Shown one piece after another: positions 1 to 8,194 of a stretch of DNA of 32,000 bases (position 1 is the first letter of the stretch; every line of letters starts with the position of its first letter). A model generated the notes under the pieces. The model ran no database searches and had not been told where the DNA came from. It was given only the letters and a program-made list of their open reading frames with translations. Origin of the DNA: Nitratidesulfovibrio vulgaris str. Hildenborough (GTDB lineage: Bacteria > Desulfobacterota > Desulfovibrionia > Desulfovibrionales > Desulfovibrionaceae); contig NC_002937.3 of assembly GCF_000195755.1 (NCBI RefSeq), forward strand, positions 540,001 through 572,000, written 5' to 3'. The translations under genes and the position numbers were made by a program.

Positions 1-399
1 GATTGAGGGAAAAGCAAGAAATGAGAAAGGTTTAAGGAAAAAGGCAGCATGCAGAAGGTATATATTGAACGTGTGCTTTGAAAGCGTTGTCAATATGCTG
101 CATTGATGGTTGCATGTCTGCTTTATGAGCAAAAAGGCAATCGATGTGAGAGCGAATATAAGTATAGAATCTTTTGTAAGGAATTTTGCAAGATACAGTG
201 TGTCATCATATGATGAAATGGTTGCTGTAGCGTATGTTGCGATATATGTGATTGAAAACCATTTCAATAAGGTAATGCTCTTAAATCGATTGGGGCTGAC
301 GGCGAGATGATGTCCGGTGACAAAGTATAATCCATATACCGTGAATATGATATTCTTGACAGGAAATATAATACCTAACCACTGAGCAATGTACAGAGA
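1..399 (-). pseudogene. Distal part of an IS-split acyltransferase family 3 (OafA/YrhL-type membrane O-acyltransferase) gene; continues past the left window edge
   Basis: Hand translation of the minus strand is open for all 133 codons from 399 down to 1 (SLYIAQWLGIIFPVKNIIFTVYGLYFVTGHHL...SKHTFNIYLLHAAFFLKPFSFLAFPSI). The DNA is visibly AT-rich, where long random open frames are unlikely. The product is hydrophobic and TM-like, with a YLxH-type motif. It is in the same absolute frame as the 1600..2037 fragment. It is absent from the track because it has no start codon and no in-window end. Confidence 0.65.
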
Positions 400-415
400 T
401 AGTATTCACCTGACA
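400..415. repeat. Left terminal inverted repeat of the IS
   Basis: TAGTATTCACCTGACA matches the reverse complement of 1584-1599 at 13 of 16 positions. Confidence 0.7.
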
Positions 416-441
416 CTTGCCGTACCCGGCTGGGGCGCTGA

Positions 442-1491
442 TCAGGCTGCGTAGTGTCCTTCGTTGTCTTCTTTCGGCTGCCCTTCGGGACGGCTATCAA
501 GGAAGGCTTGATAGGGTGTCCGGCCGCTCATGTTTCTGCCTTGGTGTGCCCGCTCGTGGTTATAGTGGCGCAAGTAGGCGTCAAGGTCTGCCTGCATTTC
601 ATCCAGAGACTCATACCAGTTTTTTCGCCCCTGAATCCTGAAATGCTCGTCGAGCAATGTCCTGTGCAGCCGCTCCACAAAGCCGTTGCTTTGCGGACGT
701 CTGACGCGGGTTGTCCGGTGCTCGATATTTTCCAGTTGCAGGAATAGTTCGTAGGGGTGTCTGTCAGGACGCCCGCAGAATTCCCGGCCATTATCCGAAA
801 GCACTGTGACGACCGGCGTGTCGTGCTCCTCGAAAAAGGGCAGCACGGACTCGTTGAGCATGTGTACCGCCGTAACCGGCAGCTTGCTGGTGTACAGTCT
901 GCCGAAGGCGTAGCGGCTGTGGCAGTCGATGGCCGATTGCAGATAGATTTTCCCCACGCCCTTCAGCGTGCCTACGAAAAACGTATCCACGGCCACCAGA
1001 TCGCCGCTGCACCGGGTTTCGATATGGCGCTCCCGGAATTCCGGGCTGAATCGCTCCAAGGTGCGAACCTGGTCGTCATTCAGGGCGATTCCGGTATCAC
1101 GCACATGCCGCTCCAGGCGCAGCAGCCGTTCATGTCGGGTCAGCATCCCGTTGCGGCTCCAGACACCCCGCACGCCCCCGGAACTGACCTGAACACCTTG
1201 CAAAACCAACTGTTGGGCCACGCGGACGGGGCCATGCGTCGGAAATTCAAGGCTGTACGCCAAAATCCTATCCTCTGTCGCCTCGTCCACCCGGTTCGGG
1301 TGTGGTTCTCGTGGCCCCGGCAGGCGGTCCACAAGCCCTTCTGCGCCAAACGTCTGGTAATTACGGCGGATTTCATAGAACTGCTGCCGCGAATACCCCA
1401 TGATGCGGCACGCCTTGCTCACGTTGTCGAGTTCGCTTGCAAGCTCTAGCAGGCTCAACTTCCTTCGTGCTACCTTCTTGCCTGTGGTCAT
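442..1491 (-). CDS. IS481-family DDE transposase (N-terminal HTH plus rve integrase core)
   Basis: The 349 aa ORF has an HTH-like N-terminus (LSLLELASELDNVSKACRIMGYSRQQFYEIRR). The integrase-core region shows the expected D, D, E context (DTFFVG...VLSDNGREF...PQSNGFVERLHRTLLDE...YNHERAHQG). Confidence 0.9.
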   Translation of the reverse strand: MTTGKKVARRKLSLLELASELDNVSKACRIMGYSRQQFYEIRRNYQTFGAEGLVDRLPGPREPHPNRVDEATEDRILAYSLEFPTHGPVRVAQQLVLQGVQVSSGGVRGVWSRNGMLTRHERLLRLERHVRDTGIALNDDQVRTLERFSPEFRERHIETRCSGDLVAVDTFFVGTLKGVGKIYLQSAIDCHSRYAFGRLYTSKLPVTAVHMLNESVLPFFEEHDTPVVTVLSDNGREFCGRPDRHPYELFLQLENIEHRTTRVRRPQSNGFVERLHRTLLDEHFRIQGRKNWYESLDEMQADLDAYLRHYNHERAHQGRNMSGRTPYQAFLDSRPEGQPKEDNEGHYAA

Positions 1492-1583
1492 GTCGGATTC
1501 CTTGCTGGTGGTTGATGAAGCTTCGCAACCTCATCGCTACCCCAGTCGGGAACGGCATGACCACTTCCTTTTGAAGGGCCTAC

Positions 1584-1599
1584 TGTCAGGTAATAACTA
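1584..1599. repeat. Right terminal inverted repeat of the IS
   Basis: TGTCAGGTAATAACTA is the inverted partner of 400-415. It contains the TAG (minus strand, 1597-1599) that terminates the truncated acyltransferase ORF. Confidence 0.7.
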
Positions 1600-2037
1600 G
1601 CTCAGCACATCTCTCGCAATAACGACGAGCACGGGAAGAACGACCATATAGCCAATGTAAATCCACATGAACCATAAGTGGAATCCTGGGTTGCTTCCAA
1701 TATTGTAAAATACTCCAGCGAGATAATCCCGCTGATCGAGAAGAAGTATACCCAGTATTTTGTAAAGAACTAGAGAAAGTAGGGTTGGCACAACATAGCG
1801 CCAAAGCGTTTTTCTGTAGTGTTGACCGATGTCGTCGATGCGTTCAGGTATGACTGCACCGGCAAGCATGAAGAACATGGGGACTGCGAGATGGGTGATG
1901 ACGGCATTTCCCATGGCTACGAACCATAATGGTGAACCCAGAAAATTAGATACCCATGGAGAAGTGCAGTGCAAATTGATGACAGCGAAGCACGCGATAA
2001 CCTTTAGGGCGTCTATGTATGCAATACGTTCCTTCAT
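1600..2037 (-). pseudogene. Proximal (N-terminal) part of the same acyltransferase-3 gene, truncated by the IS
   Basis: The track ORF 1597..2037 (146 aa) reads MKERIAYIDALKVIACFAVINLHC...VPMFFMLAGAV, a typical Acyl_transf_3 N-terminus. Full-length family members are usually more than twice this size. Its stop codon lies inside the IS terminal repeat. Confidence 0.75.
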
Positions 2038-2322
2038 GTGGTGTGTCGTGTGATAGTTGTGATGTTGGTGCGGTGCTTACAGAATCTTGCGTGGCCACTC
2101 GGTCCAGGCACGAGTTTGTTTGGGGCATGAGCCCCAAGATGCGCAGAGTGCTGGACGGGCAAGCTTCTGATACCTTTTGTTTTTGGTGTGTTACATGCTT
2201 TTACGTTAAATGCATCCCAAATGTCCACGTGTAACGGGTGTGTCGTTGTTTTTGACAAAAAAGGTGATTCGAGATAGGCCATTGCCTCGCCCCCGGCGCC
2301 AAGTGGCCCGGCACGATACCAG

Positions 2323-2349
2323 AACCCCGCACGCCTGACGTGCGGGGTT
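2323..2349 (+). other. Perfect 11-bp stem / 5-nt loop hairpin just upstream of the icd RBS
   Basis: AACCCCGCACG-CCTGA-CGTGCGGGGTT lies about 8 nt before the AAGGAG RBS of icd. There is only a short T run after it, so its function (5' UTR structure or remnant terminator) is unresolved. Confidence 0.5.
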
Positions 2350-2366
2350 TCCACAAAGGAGCGGTC

Positions 2367-3509
<1,143 letters not shown>

Positions 3510-3537
3510 AAGGTCCTGCGCCAACAAGGTCATTCCC

Positions 3538-3575
3538 GGCCCCCGCCGCTTCGTGCGACGGGGGCCGTCTGCTTT
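3538..3575 (+). terminator. Putative intrinsic terminator after icd
   Basis: A GC-rich stem, GGCCCCCG (3538-3545) with CGGGGGCC (3559-3566), is followed by GTCTGCTTT. Confidence 0.45.
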
Positions 3576-3607
3576 CCAAGCCGGGGCGGGCCTGCTATCA
3601 GTCGTCC

Positions 3608-4471
3608 ATGCGACTCGTCGTACTCTCCGACATCCACGGCAACCTCGGTGCATTCGAGGCGGTACTCGCCGACATCGCGACGCAGGACGTGGATGACATC
3701 ATCTCGCTGGGTGACAATGTGGGCTACGGCCCCGACCCCGGCCCTGTGCTGCGTCTGCTGCGTCAACGAGGCATCGATTCCGTGCTGGGCAACCACGAGG
3801 CGGCCATCGCCGACAGGCGTAGGCGGCGCAGGTTCAACAGCCAGTCCCGCGAGGCACTCGACCTCACCGAGGCGTGGCTTGATGCGGACGGGCGGGCCTG
3901 CATCGCGTCCATGCCTCCGGTGTTGCTGCGCCACGGGTGCCGTTTCGTACACGGTATGCCGCCGGACTCGCCTTTCACCTATCTCTTCGAATTCATGGGG
4001 CGGCGACTGCCCAAGGTCTTCACCCTCTTCGCGGAGGCCTTGTGCTTTGTAGGGCATACGCACGACCTCGAAGTGCTGCGCTGCGACGAGACGGGTGCGG
4101 TCGCCTCCGTGCTGCTGCCCACGGCGTCACCGGACGTGGCGGGCCAGATGCCTCCCGGCCCGTTACCCGGCCCGTCACCCGACGCGACACTCGCAACGTC
4201 ACCCGGTGCGCAGCCTGAAGGCCTGACCCTCTCCACAGCAAGTCCGCGCGTGACCGTGCAGACCCTTGTCCTAGATGCCGGGGCGCGTCATCTCGTCAAC
4301 GTGGGTAGCGTCGGGCAACCGCGTGATGGCGACCCGCGTGCCAAGTATGTCGTATGGGACGACACGGCGCGCACCCTCACCGTGCGGCGTGTCGCCTATG
4401 ACGTGGCGGCGGCGGTGCGTCGCTTCGCCGAGGCGGGGGTGGCACAGCGGTACATCGACAGGCTGGGCTGA
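3608..4471 (+). CDS. Metallophosphoesterase with PPP-like phosphatase motifs
   Basis: MRLVVLSDIHGN, LGDNVGYGPDP and GNHE match the DxH / GDxxxxG / GNHE calcineurin-like metal-binding motifs. A Pro-rich insertion (PPGPLPGPSPD) precedes the C-terminal GSVGQPRDGD segment. The RBS is weak. Confidence 0.8.
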   Translation: MRLVVLSDIHGNLGAFEAVLADIATQDVDDIISLGDNVGYGPDPGPVLRLLRQRGIDSVLGNHEAAIADRRRRRRFNSQSREALDLTEAWLDADGRACIASMPPVLLRHGCRFVHGMPPDSPFTYLFEFMGRRLPKVFTLFAEALCFVGHTHDLEVLRCDETGAVASVLLPTASPDVAGQMPPGPLPGPSPDATLATSPGAQPEGLTLSTASPRVTVQTLVLDAGARHLVNVGSVGQPRDGDPRAKYVVWDDTARTLTVRRVAYDVAAAVRRFAEAGVAQRYIDRLG

Positions 4472-4594
4472 TTCGATCGGCTTGCGTAGAGTTTGCGATG
4501 CGTTGCCGGTCGCTGGGCGTCAGTGACCGGCGTGCCGGGCTGCGCCGGTGGGGACACTTTCAGGCTGAATAGATTTCCTGCGAGAGAGACTGAA

Positions 4595-6094
4595 ATGAAG
4601 ATAGGACGTTACGAAGTCTGCGGTTTACTGGGCCGTGGTGGCATGGGCGTGGTGTACAAGGTGCGCCAGCCTGTGACAGGCCGGGTGGCTGCCCTCAAGC
4701 TGCTGAAGCCCGCTGACATCCTCGTCGACCTCGCGGGCATGGACGCCCTGCGAGAGGGCTTCCTGCACGAGGCCACAGTCATGGCGTCGCTGGACCATCC
4801 ACATGTGGCGGCGGTGTGGGATGTGGACGAGGCGGGCGGGCTGCCCTTCTTCGTCATGGAATACTATTGCCTCAATCTCGGCTTGCTCATGGGCGAAAGC
4901 TACCGCGTGGAGGCCCCCACACGACGCCTGCCGCTGGAGAGGGCCGTGCGCTATGCACGCCAGACGCTGGAGGCGTTGCGCCGGATGCACCATGAGGGCA
5001 TCGTCCATCGTGACGTGAAGCCCTTCAACATCATGGTGACGGGTGACGATGCGGTGAAACTCATCGACTTCGGGCTTTCGCGCCTGCGGGGTGAGACGCG
5101 TCTCTCGCCGCGTGGGGTGAAGGTGGGGTCGCCGTACTACGCACCGCCTGAACAGGAGTCCGCACCCGATGCCGTGGACGCGCGGGCCGACCTGTACCCG
5201 GTGGGGGTGATGCTCTTCCGGATGCTCACGGGCGTATTGCCCACCGATGAAGAGCGCATGAAGGATGGACGCATCCCCCGTGCCAGTGCCCTTTCCGATG
5301 AACTCGATGAAGGGTGGGATGCCTTCTTCGATACCGCCATGGCAGCCGACCCTGCGCGTCGCTTTCCCGATGCGGCATCCATGCTGGCGGCACTCGCCCG
5401 TTGCGAGGCCGCATGGCGGAAGCAGGTCGAGGCCACCTGCCGACTTATACCTGAACAGGCTGCGGGGCCGGGGGATGCCAGCGATATGCGGCATGATGCC
5501 GGGCACGAATCCGTACAGGCGGGCCAGACTGATGAGACCGGTCAGGCAGGACAGGCGGGTCAGGCAGGACAGGCAGTCACGTGCGAAGGCGCGCCAGCCG
5601 CGTCGGGCGGTGTGCGGTGCCGCCCGGTGAAGGTGGGGGTGCACGAGGCCCGCGCGACGTTCGCGCTTGATGCCCTCTGGCGTCCCGCCTCAGCGGCGAG
5701 GCAGGGGCTGGAGGCCCGAGACGACGGCACGGTGTCCCATGCGGCCACGGGGCTACAATGGGAGACCGGAGGCTGCGATTTCCCGCTCACGCGTGACGAG
5801 GCGGAGGCCTATGTCGAGGCCCGCAACGCCCTTCGTTTCGCGGGGCATGACGACTGGCGCTTGCCCACGGTGGATGAACTCCTCACACTCGTGGACGCTG
5901 GCGTCACCGTGGGAGACCCGTGCGTCGCCTCGGTCTTCGCGCCGTTACCCGACCCGCTGTGGACAAGCGACCGCAAATCCTACATGGCCTCGTGGTTCGT
6001 GAGTGCTGCCATGGGGTTCGTGGGCTGGCAGGATGATACGTGCCGTTTCGGGGTACGTCTGGTGCGGGGCGGGAGTGCCCGGTGCCGGGAGTGA
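4595..6094 (+). CDS. Hanks-type Ser/Thr protein kinase with a C-terminal DUF1566 (Lcl C-terminal, lectin-like) domain
   Basis: Kinase motifs GRGGMGVVYKV, VAALKLLK, HRDVKPFN, DFG and YYAPPE are present. The C-terminus (LQWETGG...DDWRLPTVDELLTLV...LWTSD...VRLVR) matches the DUF1566 pattern. ATG 4595 (MKIGRYEV) is preferred over the track's 4493 start. Confidence 0.85.
   Translation: MKIGRYEVCGLLGRGGMGVVYKVRQPVTGRVAALKLLKPADILVDLAGMDALREGFLHEATVMASLDHPHVAAVWDVDEAGGLPFFVMEYYCLNLGLLMGESYRVEAPTRRLPLERAVRYARQTLEALRRMHHEGIVHRDVKPFNIMVTGDDAVKLIDFGLSRLRGETRLSPRGVKVGSPYYAPPEQESAPDAVDARADLYPVGVMLFRMLTGVLPTDEERMKDGRIPRASALSDELDEGWDAFFDTAMAADPARRFPDAASMLAALARCEAAWRKQVEATCRLIPEQAAGPGDASDMRHDAGHESVQAGQTDETGQAGQAGQAGQAVTCEGAPAASGGVRCRPVKVGVHEARATFALDALWRPASAARQGLEARDDGTVSHAATGLQWETGGCDFPLTRDEAEAYVEARNALRFAGHDDWRLPTVDELLTLVDAGVTVGDPCVASVFAPLPDPLWTSDRKSYMASWFVSAAMGFVGWQDDTCRFGVRLVRGGSARCRE
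5540..5575 (+). repeat. 18-nt tandem repeat x2 encoding (GQA)4 in the kinase linker
   Basis: GGTCAGGCAGGACAGGCG followed by GGTCAGGCAGGACAGGCA (17/18 identical). Confidence 0.9.
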
Positions 6095-6143
6095 TGCCCG
6101 GACGGGCAGTGACGATGACGCATGACATTGTTGAACGGGAGGC

Positions 6144-6878
6144 ATGATGGTGTTCATGGAACAGCCGGGCATGGCAGATGGTACGCCCGGCGACGAGACG
6201 GCCTGTCAGGGATGCGGCACCTGTTGCCGTAAGGGTGGCCCGACCTTGCATGCCGAGGACATGCCGCTGTTCGAGGCGGGACATTTTGTGCGTGAGCACT
6301 GTCTCACGTTGCGGCGTGGCGAGTTGGCGCGTGATGATGTGGCGGAAGCGCTAGTCCCGCTTGAGGCCGAACTCGTCAAGTTCAGGGGCAGTCGGCCCGG
6401 TCTGTGGGCGTGTCAGTTCTTGCGCCCCGGCGAACGTGGCTGTTCGGTCTACGCGCATCGTCCCGTCGAATGCCGCGCCCTGCTGTGTCGTGACACACGC
6501 GCCATCATCGACCTTTCACCGCGTGACCGGGTCACGCGGGCTGACGTGCTGCGCGCCACGGGTGCCCCGGCTGCATGGCTTGACGTGGCCGAAGCCCATG
6601 AGGATGCGTGCGGTTGCGCCCGTAGCCTCGCCCCTGCCCTCGCGGTACGCGCTGCACCCGATGACGGGGCTGCGTGCGAGGCGTTTCTCGACCTCGTGCG
6701 TCTCGACATCGCCTATCGCCAGATAGCCAATGAACGGGCTGACGTCCCGCCGTCCGAGATGGACTTCCTGTTCGGTCGCCCCCTGTTCGTCACTGCATCC
6801 ATGTACGGCTTGTCTGTCCGTCAGAACGCCGGGGGACTTGTCGTGACGGTGGAGGGGCCGTTGCCGTTCGAGATGTGA
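6144..6878 (+). CDS. YkgJ-family CxxCxxCC cysteine-cluster (putative Zn/Fe-chelating) protein
   Basis: CQGCGTCCRKGGP and CSVYAHRPVECRALLC motifs are present. GGGAGG lies immediately upstream, so the exact start is ambiguous among ATG 6144, ATG 6147, GTG 6150 and ATG 6159. Confidence 0.75.
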   Translation: MMVFMEQPGMADGTPGDETACQGCGTCCRKGGPTLHAEDMPLFEAGHFVREHCLTLRRGELARDDVAEALVPLEAELVKFRGSRPGLWACQFLRPGERGCSVYAHRPVECRALLCRDTRAIIDLSPRDRVTRADVLRATGAPAAWLDVAEAHEDACGCARSLAPALAVRAAPDDGAACEAFLDLVRLDIAYRQIANERADVPPSEMDFLFGRPLFVTASMYGLSVRQNAGGLVVTVEGPLPFEM

Positions 6879-7018
6879 CAGGCGCAGTGCATGTCTGCCC
6901 TGCGATGACGGGCAGCACGGGTGGCGCTCATGCCAACGATGGCACGGCAAGGGCGGCACGGCGCGGGCTGCGCGTCGGGCTTGAACGTCGGCGGCGCATA
7001 CCGTATCCAGCGTGCAGC

Positions 7019-7054
7019 GGTTGACGTGCGGCCCGTCTGACAGGCGCACGTCAA
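7019..7054. promoter_or_regulatory. Perfect 11-bp inverted repeat in the hldD upstream region
   Basis: GTTGACGTGCG (7019-7029) and CGCACGTCAAC (7044-7054) are separated by 14 nt, about 50 bp upstream of the hldD start. This could be an operator or a 5' UTR hairpin; function unknown. Confidence 0.3.
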
Positions 7055-7102
7055 CCTGTACCCAGATAACGTCATGCGCACGGCGCATGTAAGGAGAGGC
7101 TC

Positions 7103-8074
7103 ATGTACATCGTCACCGGAGGCGCGGGTTTCATCGGCAGTGCCATGGTCTGGAAGCTGAACGAGATGGGCATAGAGGACATCGTCGTCGTCGACAACCT
7201 GTCCACCAGCGAGAAGTGGAAGAACCTCGTCAATCGCCGCTATGTCGACTACGTCCATCGCGACACCTTCATGGACATGGTGCTGCATGGCGACCTGCCG
7301 TGGGATGTGGATGCCGTGGTGCACATGGGGGCGTGTTCCGCCACCACCGAACGCGACGCCGACTTCCTCATGGAGAACAACCTGCGTTACAGCCGCATGT
7401 TGTGTGAATTGTGCATGGAGACGGGCGCACGCTTCATCAACGCCAGCAGCGCGGCGACCTACGGTGACGGCAGCCTCGGTTTCTCCGACGACGATACCAC
7501 CATGCTGCGCCTCAAGCCGCTGAACATGTACGGCTACTCGAAGCAGCTGTTCGACCTCTGGGCGTACCGCGAAGGCAGACTCGACGGCATCGCCAGCCTG
7601 AAGTTCTTCAACGTCTACGGGCCCAACGAATACCACAAGGGCGACATGCGCAGTGTCATCTGCAAGGCCTACGCACAGATAGGGCAGGAGGGCGTCATGC
7701 GCCTGTTCCGTTCGTGCCATCCCGATTACGCCGATGGCGGGCAGATGCGCGACTTCATCTACGTGAAGGATTGCGTGGAGGTCATGTGGTGGCTGTTGCA
7801 GAACCCCGGCGTCAACGGCGTGTTCAACGTGGGCACCGGCAAGGCGCGCACGTGGAACGACCTCGTCACCGCGGTGTTCCGCGCCATGGACCGTGAACCG
7901 GTCATCGAGTACATCGACATGCCTGAACAACTGCGCGGCAAGTACCAGTCGTTCACCGAAGCCACCATGGGCAAGCTGCGCGACGCGGGCTGCCCGGTAC
8001 GTTTCACTGAACTGGAGGATGGCGTCACCGAATACGTGCGCCGGTACCTCGCCGCGGCCGACCCCCACCTGTAG
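7103..8074 (+). CDS. hldD: ADP-L-glycero-D-manno-heptose 6-epimerase
   Basis: MYIVTGGAGFIGS...VVVDNL...ASSAATYG...LNMYGYSK...FNVYGPNE.HKG matches along its length the E. coli HldD sequence as I recall it. A strong AAGGAGAGG RBS is present. Confidence 0.9.
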   Translation: MYIVTGGAGFIGSAMVWKLNEMGIEDIVVVDNLSTSEKWKNLVNRRYVDYVHRDTFMDMVLHGDLPWDVDAVVHMGACSATTERDADFLMENNLRYSRMLCELCMETGARFINASSAATYGDGSLGFSDDDTTMLRLKPLNMYGYSKQLFDLWAYREGRLDGIASLKFFNVYGPNEYHKGDMRSVICKAYAQIGQEGVMRLFRSCHPDYADGGQMRDFIYVKDCVEVMWWLLQNPGVNGVFNVGTGKARTWNDLVTAVFRAMDREPVIEYIDMPEQLRGKYQSFTEATMGKLRDAGCPVRFTELEDGVTEYVRRYLAAADPHL

Positions 8075-8120
8075 GGGGGCAGGGCATACGACCTGCGCCG
8101 CAGGCATGCTGCATCGATCG

Positions 8121-8147
8121 AAAGGCCACCGGAGACGGTGGCCTTTT
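8121..8147. terminator. Bidirectional intrinsic terminator between convergent hldD and the sensor kinase gene
   Basis: AAA-GGCCACCG-GAGA-CGGTGGCC-TTTT: an 8-bp GC stem flanked by A and T runs. Confidence 0.75.
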
Positions 8148-8194
8148 GCGTGATGTGCGCCTTCCTGCGCCTGTCGTACCGGGGGCGCAGGGCG

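Larger units (their letters stand above)
400..1599 (-). mobile_element. IS481-family insertion sequence, about 1.2 kb (boundaries +/-10 bp)
   Basis: A single transposase ORF is flanked by imperfect terminal inverted repeats: TAGTATTCACCTGACA at 400-415 versus the reverse complement of 1584-1599, TAGTTATTACCTGACA (13/16). A subterminal repeat pairs 418-435 with 1540-1557 (16/18). The element sits inside an otherwise continuous acyltransferase reading frame, and its GC content looks intermediate between the AT-rich flanks and the core. Confidence 0.85.

Noticed and set aside
110-310. 66-aa plus-strand ORF in the AT-rich left end
   Set aside because: It lies entirely antisense to the longer open minus-strand frame (399..1) that continues the acyltransferase. 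It has no RBS and no recognisable motif, so I treat it as a shadow ORF.
757-1449. 230-aa plus-strand ORF inside the IS
   Set aside because: It is antisense to the clearly recognisable IS481-family transposase and has no independent support.
394-1605. Target-site duplication flanking the IS
   Set aside because: The flanks CAGAGA and GCTCAG are not direct repeats. The similarity just outside CCTGACA is inverted, so I assigned it to the terminal repeats. No duplication could be called with confidence.
4595-6094. Possibility that the kinase's lectin-like C-terminus is a diversity-generating retroelement target
   Set aside because: I found no reverse transcriptase gene and no template-repeat / variable-repeat pair anywhere in the window.
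6821-8107. 428-aa minus-strand ORF
   Set aside because: It is antisense to hldD, which matches a well-known enzyme along its whole length. The composition is a high-GC artefact.
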